64,000 nt of DNA from Octopus bimaculoides. Taxonomy: Eukaryota. Within the stretch, counting starts at the first letter, position 1. Each line of letters starts with the position of its first letter. The translations under genes and the position numbers were made by a program. Location of the stretch: the NCBI RefSeq assembly GCF_001194135.2, contig NC_068981.1, forward strand, positions 52,679,225 to 52,743,224, read 5' to 3'. A model generated the notes under the pieces. It saw only the letters and a list, made by a program, of their open reading frames with translations. It had not been told where the DNA came from and ran no database searches. Below, piece by piece: positions 13,748 to 26,459 of the stretch.

Positions 13748-14339
13748 TATACATTAGTTTCTAACAATTTTTTCTAGATTACATGTTGTTTGTATTTGTT
13801 AGATTAACATTTTGTTTAATTGGTGATGATTGTTCAATACCTGCTATTTGTTAGAATAAGTGTTTGCGTAAAGCAATGGCAGTAGCTATAAGGAATATTG
13901 TCTAGATCAGTGTGTGTGTATGTGTGTATCTCTGGTTGTGTGTGTGGCCATATCTACATGTATTTTTCGAGTGTGTGCACACGTGTATATATACATATAT
14001 TTTTTCTACTTTTTCTACAAGTAAATCTAATTGCCTGTTAGACATATACTTCTTTATATACATCAGTAATGACTTTCTCACTGGTAATGTCATCTCTATA
14101 TATTGCACAAATGTAGTTCTTTTTCCCCCAAATAAATTGTACCTCAAGGCTCCGGTGAAGCTACAGGATGTTATTCAGGCATTTAACCAAGAGTCCATTG
14201 CATCTTATAACAGAAATGGCAGTAAGCTAATGAAGTTCATAACATAACCATTGTTTTTCCTGTACCATCTCTTTTTTGTATTACTGTTCTATACTCATCT
14301 AACAATTTGTTCTGAAGCATACATATATTGAGTTCTACA

Positions 14340-14835
14340 CTATGTTATCAGTCTTGCAATGCCTAAGCAAAATACAAAAATTGGGCATAAGTGGTATCAG
14401 ATGTGGTGTGTAAGAGAGAAGACTGCACTGGTGTGGTCATGTGATGTGCATGGACAAGGATGGCTGTGTAAAGAAGTGCCAATCTCTAACTGTGGAGGGA
14501 ATCTATGGAAGAAGTAGACCCAGAAAAACATGAGGCGAGGTGGTGAAGCATGATCTTCAGATGCTGGGTCTCATAGAAGTGATGATAAGTGATCGAGACC
14601 TTTGGCAATTTGCTGTGCTTGAGAAGACTTGTTAAGGCAAGTAGTTGTTGCCAGTGATGGTGACACATAAAAGGTACCTACTACACTCTTGGAGAGGTTG
14701 GCATTAGGAAGAGCATCCAGCTGTAGAAATCAAACCAAATCAGACTGGAGCCTGGTAAAGCTCTTCAACTTACCTGTCCCAGTCAAACCATCTAACCCAT
14801 GCTAGCATGGAAAACTGACACTAAATGATGATGAT
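14340..14835 (+). mobile_element. RTE 3' end
   Basis: ERRLHWCGHVMCMDKDGCVKKCQSLTVEG..RPRKT..VVKHDL...WQFAVLEKT, then ggcattaggaagagcatccagctgtagaaa...(gat)n. Confidence 0.88.
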
Positions 14836-14867
14836 GGTATATATATATATAATATCATAATCATCAT

Positions 14868-15558
14868 AATTTTAATGTCCATGTTCCATGTTGGCATGGG
14901 TTTGCAATACCAGGAAATGCACCAGGTTCCATAGTCTGTTTTAGCTTGGTTTCTACAGCTGGATGGATGCCCTTGCTAAAAGCAACCACTTTACAGAGTG
15001 TACTGGGTGCTTTTTATGTGGAACCAGCACCAGTGCTTTTACATGGCACCAGCACCAATGCACTTCATAGGCAAGTATTACCAAGGTAGTTTTAGGATGT
15101 CAATTCTGTTCTGTTATGTTGTATTGGGTGGGTTGTTTTAAGTACAGCAATGTGCCTTGATATATTTCAGTTCTTTGTCATCTTCATAAGGTTTTGAGAT
15201 TGGCCTTCAATACTTCATCCCATGTCTTCCTTGGTCTTTCTCTTACACAACTTCCATCCATTTTAAGTGATTGGCACTTCTTTATGCAATTGTCTTCATC
15301 CATACACATCACATAACCAAACTAGTCTTTTCTCTTGCTCACTGCATCTAATTCTTCTTATGCCTAACTTTTTTCTCAATGTTCTAGTGCTCTGTCACAC
15401 ATGTACACTTACATTATACATCCAGTGGAGTATACCAGCTTCATTCCTCTCTAGTCTTTGCATATCCTTTGCATTCAAGGCCCACGTCTCACTATCATGC
15501 TGCATTGCAGTCCATACACTTCCCATGCATCATACAATCGCCCTTTCCCTTACAGAGA

Positions 15559-15610
<52 letters not shown>

Positions 15611-15760
15611 AAGATCGAGAGAGATCTATCTTTGGTTGTCAACAAAGGTAAAAGCTCTCTGAACTTTCTCCATCCTATTCTTATTCTAGCAATTACACTT
15701 TTGGTACATCCTCCTCCACTGCTAATTAGGTTACTTAAGTAGAAGAAATACATCTGTATG
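14868..15760 (-). mobile_element. RTE 3' end, opposite orientation
   Basis: YLSNLISSGGGCTKSVIARIRIGWRKFRELLPLL, TAMQHDSETWA, RPRKTWDEVLKANL and tail motif; interrupted by (GA)n at about 15558-15620. Confidence 0.88.
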
Positions 15761-16520
15761 AGTGTTGTGGGTGACTGTGTATGTTTCTGTCTTTTCGTCT
15801 TGATAGAGTGTGATACTTGTAAATGATTATCATTGCCATACAAGCAGTGTCATTCATTTCATATATTCTGCAAAACCGTGTGACCACGGAGGAATATTAG
15901 CCTGCTTGGAAACAGGTAAGGGTTAGCAACAGGAAAGGCATCTGGCTGTAGAAAATCTGTTCCAATAAACTGTTTGACCTATGCAAGCATGAAAAAGTGT
16001 TCCTTAAAACAATGATGTGGATGATAAGGATGATTGATGATGTTGAAGAAGCATAAGACACTAAAAGATATGAGATTGTTGGATGATGATACTTTCATAA
16101 AAGCATTGACCTTATAAATATGTTTATATGAGATTTATATATTATATAGCTCTTATACAGTCAATAAATAATAAAGCCATCTATTTTTTATTGATTCTGT
16201 TGTTTATTGGTTTGATTAAGACTGCGTCAATTACAAGAAATGCAAATCTGAAAAGCATTTTCTGTAATAAATGTTAATTACTTGGTATGAAATAAAATCT
16301 GTCAGAATGTGTAGCTGACAAAAAACAAGGGGGAAAGCCCATTAAGTTGTCTATTCCAAAGTACTTCCTCCCCAAAAGTTTCAGGCATTTTCAAGTGATG
16401 GTTGATGTCAAGGAGGTAAGAAAAGCCAATTAAAAGACCACTCCTACATATTTTAATACCTGCCTGTTTTTTTGTTAAAGTGCAAGCTAAGAATGCAGAA
16501 AAGAAACGAGAGATGAATAA

Positions 16521-16555
<35 letters not shown>

Positions 16556-16759
16556 TGTGCGTGGTGTNNNNNNNNNNTGTGTGTGTGTGTGTGCGCGTGT
16601 GCGTGGTGTGCACATGTGTGCACGTGCACGTGTGTAAACTGAGAAAGAGGGAGAGAAAAGGTGAAAGAGAGAAGGGAGTGAGATGGTGAGGACAATAACA
16701 ATAAAATAGGTTCTTGAAAATAATGACTGCCTTAAATTTTAATATTTTAATATGTCAAT

Positions 16760-16975
16760 AGGGTGGTGAGTTGGTAGAATCGTTAGCATGCTGGGCAAAA
16801 TGCTTCAAGTAATTCATCCGTCTTTATGTTCCAAGTTAAAATTCTGCCAAGGTCAACTTTGCCCTTCATCCCTTTCAGGGTTGATAAGATATGTACCATT
16901 TGAACACTGTTAATCGATATAATTGGTTTACCTCCATACCCCAAAATTACTGGCCTTGCACCAAAATTTGAAAGC
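16760..16975 (+). mobile_element. SINE family A
   Basis: Colinear with 7781-7990 and 45781-45990. Confidence 0.85.
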
Positions 16976-17588
16976 AATGTTTTGATATGATAATACTGAC
17001 ATGTTAAAAAATATAATGTGCCAAATAAAATTATAAAAATTTGCCTATTGCATGAATCTAGATCAGGCAAGGACAAACTTTTTTCAAAAGGTTGACTGCA
17101 TGAAACATTGCTCATCATCAGGTAGGCCACACTACTAAAAAAAATTCAAGGTAATTTCTCATTGGTATGCCATTCACAGGCTTCAGTTTGCTGATAACTG
17201 ATCTAGATAGTTAAATAAGGTAGGAAGTATGGAATGATATATCACCAAAAATTCCTAATCAATTGAAAATTTTTCTATTAGTTGGCAGAGGATACAAAAC
17301 CCTAGAGGTAATTGTTAGTGGCTCTGAAAGTAAAGGGGAGATAATTTGAAGAAATTAAGAATTAATATCTCAAAGTTGATTTACATGCTTCGGGGAAGGA
17401 AAGACGGAGCTTTGAATGCAGGCAAAGGTCAACTACGAGCATATTTCAGCCTCTAAGACCTAATCAGCATAATATAGTCTAACTAAACTTGCTGATCAGC
17501 TTGCATAGATTGTTACATTTAAGAAAAAGAGTTAGCAGCTATTTTTGGCCATTATAATTTGCATATGTGTAGTGGTCAGCGATCTATC

Positions 17589-17619
17589 ATGGCGAATGCC
17601 GGACAGAAGGGTCACACAG
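17589..17619 (+). CDS. Candidate first coding exon (MANAGQKGHT, phase 1), unassigned
   Basis: ATGG start followed by a consensus donor CAG|GTGAGT, in a locally CpG-retaining non-repeat segment. No downstream exon could be linked. Confidence 0.3.
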
Positions 17620-17881
17620 GTGAGTTAAGAAGAAGGAGAGATAACAAAGTAGTAGTGATCCCAAAACGAAGGTACGTGTGTGTGAGAGAATGCTGGTGAT
17701 CTTAACGTATGCATGTGTGTATGTAGGTGTGAAGGTGTGAAAATGTGGGGATAGGAATTAGTCAGTGCTGGTGTGTGTGTGGTGGTGTGTTGAACAAACG
17801 AGTTCAACAAACAAAGCGTGTGGTTGGTATCATGAATGTGAGAAGGGAGAGAAGTCACTGGTGGTGGGGGGGGGGCAAGAA

Positions 17882-18830
17882 NNNNNNNNNNNNNNNNNNN
17901 NNNNNNNNNNNNNNNNNNNNNNNNNNNNNNNNNNNNNNNNNNNNNNNNNNNNNNNNNNNNNNNNNNNNNNNNNNNNNNNNNNNNNNNNNNNNNNNNNNNN
18001 NNNNNNNNNNNNNNNNNNNNNNNNNNNNNNNNNNNNNNNNNNNNNNNNNNNNNNNNNNNNNNNNNNNNNNNNNNNNNNNNNNNNNNNNNNNNNNNNNNNN
18101 NNNNNNNNNNNNNNNNNNNNNNNNNNNNNNNNNNNNNNNNNNNNNNNNNNNNNNNNNNNNNNNNNNNNNNNNNNNNNNNNNNNNNNNNNNNNNNNNNNNN
18201 NNNNNNNNNNNNNNNNNNNNNNNNNNNNNNNNNNNNNNNNNNNNNNNNNNNNNNNNNNNNNNNNNNNNNNNNNNNNNNNNNNNNNNNNNNNNNNNNNNNN
18301 NNNNNNNNNNNNNNNNNNNNNNNNNNNNNNNNNNNNNNNNNNNNNNNNNNNNNNNNNNNNNNNNNNNNNNNNNNNNNNNNNNNNNNNNNNNNNNNNNNNN
18401 NNNNNNNNNNNNNNNNNNNNNNNNNNNNNNNNNNNNNNNNNNNNNNNNNNNNNNNNNNNNNNNNNNNNNNNNNNNNNNNNNNNNNNNNNNNNNNNNNNNN
18501 NNNNNNNNNNNNNNNNNNNNNNNNNNNNNNNNNNNNNNNNNNNNNNNNNNNNNNNNNNNNNNNNNNNNNNNNNNNNNNNNNNNNNNNNNNNNNNNNNNNN
18601 NNNNNNNNNNNNNNNNNNNNNNNNNNNNNNNNNNNNNNNNNNNNNNNNNNNNNNNNNNNNNNNNNNNNNNNNNNNNNNNNNNNNNNNNNNNNNNNNNNNN
18701 NNNNNNNNNNNNNNNNNNNNNNNNNNNNNNNNNNNNNNNNNNNNNNNNNNNNNNNNNNNNNNNNNNNNNNNNNNNNNNNNNNNNNNNNNNNNNNNNNNNN
18801 NNNNNNNNNNNNNNNNNNNNNNNNNNNNNN
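17882..18830. other. Assembly gap (N run)
   Basis: Continuous Ns; ORF-track entries across it are artefacts. Confidence 0.99.
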
Positions 18831-19438
18831 AAAAAAATCTGAAAATTCAGAAAAAATTGTATTACACGTGTATAAGGGATGACCACTAGGTGGACATCCA
18901 ATATGCTAGAAAGAGGTCATCAACGACCCAACCACACAGAAAAATAATGTTCTCCAGAAAAATTTTGCAAAACGCTAGAACAGGACAAAATGAGAAATAT
19001 ACAGAATAAAGAATTATCTATGTACTGCAGTTTCGAACATTAACGTTTTACTTACGTAACAACATCTGTGTTCTCATCAGCATAGACGTTCTAGAATCGA
19101 TATAATTTGCAGAATTATACACGAATTGTCTTCATGAAATAAGACTTGCATATAGTTCTACCGATTACATTGGGGCTATTTTTCAAAATGCCTCAGCTCC
19201 GGTGCGCAAAATTCCGGAAACAATTCTGCAGTATATGTTGCCGGCTGGAGAACATAACTATTTAAATTATTATTTATATAGATAGGGTGATAATTTGAAT
19301 ATTAATTCAATTTAAAACCAAGTGGCCTAGCATATAAATAAATCTGAAAATTCAGAAAAAAAGTGTATTACACGTGTATAAGGGATGACCATCTGGTGGA
19401 CATCCAATATGCTAGAAAGAGGTCATCAACGACCTCTT
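18831..19438. repeat. ~100-bp direct repeat at 505-bp spacing
   Basis: aatctgaaaattcag...gaggtcatcaacgacc at 18836 and at 19341. Confidence 0.85.
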
Positions 19439-19486
19439 GATGACCTCATTGATGACCTCTTTCTAGCGTATTGGATGTTTTATTTG

Positions 19487-19524
<38 letters not shown>

Positions 19525-19527
19525 GTA

Positions 19528-19918
19528 CATAGGCATGGCTGGGTGGTAAGTAGCTTGCTTACCAACCACATGGTTTCGGGTTCAGTCCCACTGCATGGCA
19601 CCTTGAGCCGACCAAAGCCTTGTGAGTGGATTTGATAGACGGAAACTGAGAAGCCTGTCATATATATGTATATGTATATATATGTGTGTGTGTTTGTGTG
19701 TCTGTGTTTGTCTCCCCCCCCCCCCCAACATCGCTTGACAACCGATGCTGGTGTGTTACGTCCCCGTAACTTAGCGGTTTGGGAAAAGGGACCGATAGAA
19801 TAAGTACTAGGCTTACAAAGAATAAGTCCTGGGGTCGATTTCCTCGACTAAAGGTGGTGCTCCAGCATGGCCGCAGTCAAATGACTGAAACAAGTAAAAG
19901 AGTAAAGAGTAAAAGAGT
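19528..19918 (+). mobile_element. tRNA-derived SINE family B (internal TA/TG microsatellite, (AAAAGAGT)n tail)
   Basis: ggcatggctgggtggtaag...ggttcagtccc...gccttgtgagtggatttgatagacggaaactg...(TG)n...cgcttgacaaccgatgctggtg...gactgaaacaagtaaaagagt. Confidence 0.88.
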
Positions 19919-20087
19919 ATACATACATATATATATCTATATATATCTACACTGACGTGTGCATGCACACACGCATGCACGCACATGCACGCACATGCAC
20001 ACACACATTAACACACAAATTGAAATGTACATAGACACACACAGACATGCAAAAACTCAAATGCACATGCACACATGCACACATGCA

Positions 20088-20130
<43 letters not shown>

Positions 20131-20995
20131 ATACTTACACATACAAATATACATACGCATACATTCAAACAGATAGAGGAAGGAAATAAAGAAAATAATT
20201 GCTTGTTACAAATAATAAAAAATGGCAGTGAGTCATTAAATATTTTTAACCAGTAAATGATAAAAGATGTCAGGCTAAACCAATCCTGATGACATTTCAA
20301 GAAATATGCTAAACATATTCCTTCATTAAATTTTAGTTTTAACCAAATATTACAGACATCAAGACTAGCACAAATGTTCTGAATTCAAATCTGTTTTCAT
20401 ATCATCATCTCAAAATTATCATTTGAAAGCTCATTTTTTTTATGCTGGTTTGGATATGGTGCTATGCTGACAGAATCATTTGACATTTCATCTGTGAGGC
20501 CCAGTTTCCTGAAATCTGACCTCTGTACTGCTTCCTCTATATCCCATGATAATCTACCACAGTTACCTTGTATTGTTTATGGTGCTTTTTCACCCAGCAC
20601 TCACTGTTGATTTGCATCACATTCAAAGCTGTATCTCCTGTATGCATCAATTAATAGCTTTAACTTTCATTTCATGTAACCCTTATGTTACCAACCTACC
20701 TTAGATTGCTCCTATTTTAATAACACAAAACTTGCTATTTAAAAATGTTCATATTTGAAATAAAGCTTTTCAACATAATTTTCTGTAGTAACTTTATAAG
20801 TTATGTACAAACTAACAAGTTATTTCACTAAACCCTATCAGAATCTTAATTATTTTCAAAATTAACTGAGAGTCATAGACAGTATATTTCATTGGAAATA
20901 TGGTCACAAAAGAATTAAATCTCTGTTAGATAACCTACATAATTATTGATATACTGTTAAAACAATACTTACATGGGATTTCTACAGGATAACTA

Positions 20996-21837
20996 TAGAG
21001 TGTTTGGGCTAAAGTTGATTTTTTTCAGGAACAGCTTAATGTTGTTGGAGAATATAAAGATTAAAGATTAAAGGTGTAATTGAGAAAAAGTTAACTGATA
21101 CAGAGGACAGGAAGCCTTCTAAATATTGGAAAAGGCTTACATGCATCATGATGATTTGCACTGGCTATCAAAATGCTAGTATCATGACTGCTGCTCAATA
21201 CTCTTTGAACACTGTAAAGGCTGTAAGGTGAGACATGGACAGCTGCAATGGAGACTACGAAACTGTGGCCAGTAGAAAGGGACACAGAATGTGTTTTAAT
21301 TGCATCTGTCTGCCAGAATTCATTCCCATATCTTATATTCAGATGGCTATATAAAGCTTTTGAAGACTGTGATCAAACTTTGGCTGGGGAGAGTTGTTGC
21401 TGGAAGGTCATATGATTGGCAGCAGTATTTGGCTCTTTGCCATACTTCTGAAAAGAATCAGAAGTAGTCACTGAAGAATATCTACAACTTCACCAGCCCC
21501 AGTTTCCAGCCACCTAGTTTCCCTGATTGTAATTCTATGGATTACTATGTGTTGAACATAGTTAAGAAAGCCACCAAATGCTCAGCCAAGCTGATGACCA
21601 AGGTCAAGAAAGTGTTTGAAGATCTTCCCAGGAACACAGCGAGGAACACAGGCACCAGGTACTGGAATCATCACAAAGCTGTGGTGGAAGCTGAGGGCAG
21701 CTACTCTGAGTAAACTTATCTTTCAGCCATAATCTAGTTGATACTTTTTGATTTTTTTGAAAATACTTTTATTTTTGGTTTGATATTGTATTTTTGTTTC
21801 CTTTATGCAAACTGTCAAATATAGTCCAAACACCTTG
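20996..21837 (+). mobile_element. Second maT (DD37D) copy, same internal deletion
   Basis: Colinear with 12880-13747. TIRs TAGAGTGTTTGGGCTAAAGTTGA ... TCAAATATAGTCCAAACACCTTG; decayed PPSFPDCNSMDYYV motif. Confidence 0.8.
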
Positions 21838-23039
21838 TTCATCTTTATTAAAGAAGCAGGGAACAAACGACAAAGAACCTGATGAAACATCAAAATATCC
21901 CCAAACTGGTAATTCACTTGCTAAAAGCAATCTTTTCTTAAATTTAGATTATAATTGTAATCATACATAAATTTCATTCAATAATTTGGAGAGTCCCATT
22001 GTCCATTGTGTTGGGCAAAAGACACTGTAACTGTTAAGAATCCCTAAGTTGGGTCAGCCAATGCGGGTTTTCCTGCAGGCAGCAGGAATCTTGCTTGGAG
22101 GCCTGGATGTAGAGGACTATAGAATTTGATTTGATTTTGTTGTTGTAATAATGATTTGTATTGAACAAGGTTTTTGAGGGGTTATTGGTCGGTGGGCACC
22201 GGTGCCTCTCCCATTTTTCACTCATCTTTTTGTATTCATTTCATTCATTAATGTCTGTGTCCAGCCCACAGCTTCTTTATGTCTGTTTGTTTTTGTTTGT
22301 CTCCTCTATGTAATGCCTTCATGGCAAAATTTATGAAATAAAGTTAGAGAATCCTGCATGCAGAAAATTAAATAATTTCTGGATGTATTGCAATGGATTG
22401 ATGAAAGATAGTCTATACTTATTACAAATTTTATTCAACTGTTACAAAATTACATGACTGTAATAAGTTGGAAGTAAATACAAAAGTTTGCATAGTGGAT
22501 GACAATCAGTTTTGAATCTACTGTCCCGTGCTTGTAGTAGTCTGGCACCAATTGTGTGGAAGGAGGAAGATAAATGGTGCAAAGCTTGAGCCCCAAAAAA
22601 TTTCTAGTGTGTGAGTGTGTGTGTGTGCGAGTGTGTGTGTGCGAGTGTGTGTGTGTGCAAGTGTGTGTGTGCGAGCGTGTGTGTAAACTAAATCTCTTCC
22701 TTCCATGATAATGGAAGTAAACCATTTAAGAATGACAAAAGGGAAAAGGATCATTTTTTTTACAGGTTTCTCAAATATATACTTGTGTTGCAGCTGAACT
22801 AAGGTCACTGAAAATAGAAATGAAAGGGTTTATCTTGATCGAACTTTGGTTCACCTAAAACAGTGACAGGTTAACCAAATACATAAGTTTTAATAAACAA
22901 ATTTGAAGTGCAAATACCAAGAACAATGGAAACAAAGGTGATGACGGGTGTTTTAATCCTTAATTACTAATCCATTTTTATATCACTTACGACATATTTT
23001 TAAAGTAATGTATCTTGGAGAAGTCAGTCAAGAGAGAGC

Positions 23040-23585
23040 TCATGTCTCTTTATACTTTCATTAGGAATCAAACTCAGTATGAGGACAGTTGCATAAAGAA
23101 GTGCTTATCAATTGAAGTGGAAGGAAGATGTGGAAGAAGGAGACCCAAGAAGACATGAGATGAAGTACTGAAGGCTGATCTCAAAACACTGAACCTTATG
23201 AAGGAGATGAGAGAGGACTGACTAATGTTGAACATTGCTGTACTGAAGAAGATCCATCCACCACAACATAACTGAGAGCTTAAAACCAAGGTTCCATATA
23301 AAAATCATTGGTGTGGGGGCTGGTGCCATGTAAATAGCACTTGTGCTGGTGCCATGTAAAAAGCACTGGTGGTGGTGCCACTTAAAAAATACCCAGGACA
23401 TTCTGCAAAGTGGTTGGCATTAGGAAGGGCATCCATTTGTAGAAACTGAGTAAAAACAGACTACGGGACCTAGTGTGGTGGTCCCTGGCCTTGCCAGTTC
23501 CTATCAAGCTATCCAACCCTTGCTAGCATAGAAAATGAATGTTAAATGTTGATGTTGATGATGATGATGATGATGATGATGATTG
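23040..23585 (+). mobile_element. RTE 3' end with 26-bp repeats
   Basis: EDSCIKKCLSIEVEGRCGRRRPKKT.DEVLKADLKTL, three 26-bp units, tail and (GAT)n. Confidence 0.85.
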
Positions 23586-24654
23586 TAAGCTAATGGAGTA
23601 TGTATCTGTTTCACTGCACAGCTGTTGCCTGTATTGCTGAGGCGTTCTTTCTGTTTAGCTATTTAAACTAGGTTGAGTGGAGGATGGGCATTTTAGAATC
23701 AAGTTTCTTGGCCTTGCCACTCATGACAGGATATTTGCCATCTGCTTCTCAATTCAGTCATCACCAACCTTCCCTTTAACTTCCTGTAAGTTATTGCCAA
23801 CTATACTTAGAGGCAAACACAAATCAAATCAAATATATAAATATAGGTATTTACATGAGAATAAATTCTTGGATTTATTGGGGCTGCTGGAAGATTTTTC
23901 TTCCCATATTTTCCTAACTGTCAAAAATGATTCCAAATGAAATTAAGATCTGAAGTTTTTTAAGAGACTTACAGCATCCCAATCTCAATCTATGTGTACT
24001 GAAAGGCCACTATAATTTGTAATCCAAATACTGCCTTCAATCAGTTTAAATTTTGGGTTATTCTGAGAACTGGAAACTGTTTTTCCTTTGAAAAAATAAC
24101 ACAAACAAATAGTCTAAAGACATTTACATGTGCATACGTCCGTTAAATATATATAGAAAATTAACACTTTCACCAAGAAATAAGTATGCACATTCACACA
24201 CACACATGCACACACACACACACACACACACATGCACGCACACACATGCACGCACACACATGCACTCATATGCATGCATACAGACACACACATACACACG
24301 CACACATATGCATGCACACATGTGCACGCACACGCATGCACCCCCCCCCACACACATACACGCACATGAGCCTGCTTGTATCAACTGTACATGGTATGCA
24401 GACTGAAGCCATAATGTACTTTAGGTAAAGATATTGAATTATCTAATGAATGGTGTTATAATAAGTTTTACTGCTGCGACTTTCAAATAATTTTTACCCA
24501 GCAAAAAAGAACATCATTGTTTTACTGCTAATCAATGGATACTTCAGAAAATGTTAATGTGAAGAAAGTTAGAATGCAAAAATTAAAAGAAAACACGTTA
24601 ATATTTTGTCTGGTTTTCTTGCTTAGGTTATATTTTCTTTTGTTTCAAAAGCAG

Positions 24655-24870
24655 ACATCATTATCACAATCATTTTATGCATGGGCTGGACAGGTCATCA
24701 TGGTCTAAGTCAGTCCATATTCTGAGTTGCTATCCTCCAAGATGGGTTGGAAGGTCATATTTCATTGTAAGGTTCCATTTTTGGTATAATTTCTATGACT
24801 TGATGCCTTTCATAACACCAACTACTTTACAGTAAGTACTGGCTTTACTTTATAGTGGCACCAGCACTAG
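24655..24870 (-). mobile_element. Decayed RTE tail
   Basis: Reverse complement of the tail: catgggctggac...gacttgatgcctttcataacaccaactactttacag. Confidence 0.55.
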
Positions 24871-25374
24871 AAAATAATAATCAATGCAAAGATTTCCCTA
24901 CTATGCATAACTATTCAAAACAGCATGAAGTTTAGTACACAGGACTTTGAGTTGACAGATTTTGACCCAGCAGCAACTTCATTTTCTATGATAGCTTCCA
25001 AGTCAGATGTAGATGAGAACATATTTATGTACTCATTACGATGACACAGTGGTTGTAAAAAACTTATGAATGAAGTGTAATTTTAGCTTAAAGTAGTCCT
25101 TGAATGAATTAGTACAATCCACTGTAATTTTATATGAAGATAGAATTTCTGAATCCCTTTACATAAGATACATCTAATTTTCATTAGATAACACAATATT
25201 TACTCTTTTTTTTTCATTATCAGAATTCTGGGATTGACACTAGGGCAATTCTAACCTGCATCTTAACTATTTAGTTTCTACAATTTCACAATTATATCAT
25301 AGTGATATAGAGAACAAACAGTATCACATTAAAAATTATAAGAGGCATTAAAGAATGGCACAGTATCATGTAAA

Positions 25375-25530
25375 TGGCAGTGTCATACAAATGGCACCTA
25401 TGCCAGTGGCACATAAAAGAACCTGTTACACTCCTCAAGTGGTTGGTGCTAGGAAGGGCATACAGCTGTAAAAACCATGCCAAATCAGACTGGAACCTGA
25501 TGCATCTCTCTGGCTCATTAGCCAGCCGTT
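25375..25530 (+). mobile_element. RTE tail fragment
   Basis: gccagtggcacataaaagaacc...taggaagggcatacagctgtaaaaaccatgccaaatcagactggaacctg. Confidence 0.7.
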
Positions 25531-26193
25531 CCACTGATTCCTCCAGCCCTAATGTTATTTTAATTGGAATTAATAAATGACAACTGAAAAAAGTTTCAAC
25601 CTGTTCAAGTTGTTTGTGTTGTTAAAAGATTATGCAAATGTGAATGTCACACCAGCATCAATGGTTACCAATCTGTTTGCCATAAAATTCAGAATATGGA
25701 CTGTTTTTTGGGGGGGGGTTTATACATACACTCAGAATGTACTTTATGTACAGAATTGTGTCAAAATTTGATAAATAACTAGTGGGATCCATGAATATTT
25801 CACGGAATTAATGGGTTATTGGGTTATTTCTGAAAACTTTATCCAAAAAACCTGAAAGCATAGCCTGTGTTGTGTCTGTATGGAAAGATAATTGCTTATC
25901 TGCTATTCATTGAAAAATGAAAGAAATTGGAATACAATGATTACTTAATGCACTTTATATACTTTATGCAAAATTTTATAGACTTAATACACAGCACTCA
26001 TAAAATAAATATTCACCCAGATTTTTCCATTTTCCCCATAAACAAAAAAAAATATTCCGTATATATGATACAACCTTTAGTTAAATTGCATAGATCTGCT
26101 ATGTAAATAAATGAATATTTCATGGAATTGCACTTATGTGCATGCGTTAACTGACAGGTGATACAAAAAACTTAGTTCGATTTAAAAAAATAC

Positions 26194-26459
26194 CCTTTTC
26201 ACTATCCACTCACAACCACTACCGCCACCACCACTGCCGTCGCCTCCGCCGNNNNNNNNNNNNNNNNNNNNNNNNNNNNNNNNNNNNNNNNNNNNNCCAC
26301 CACCACCACCACATTCTGTGTCATGCTGAATCTCCCTGAGATCTATGCTAAGGGTATGTGTGTCTGGAGTATTCAGCCACTTATTTTCACCAGCAGCTGT
26401 TCCACTGACTGGATCAACTGGAACTCTCGTTGTTGTAAACAATGGAGTGCCACACAAAT
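26194..26459 (-). CDS. Candidate exon with poly-Gly tract, unassigned
   Basis: Acceptor taattttgcag at 26461-26460; open frame xLCGTPLFTTTRVPVDPVSGTAAGENKW...GGGG; possible donor AGG|gtattt at 26193. An N gap lies inside and no homology was recognised. Confidence 0.3.

Noticed and set aside
17745-18901. Long ORFs of 348-374 aa (also 31272-32261)
   Set aside because: They consist almost entirely of Ns from assembly gaps.
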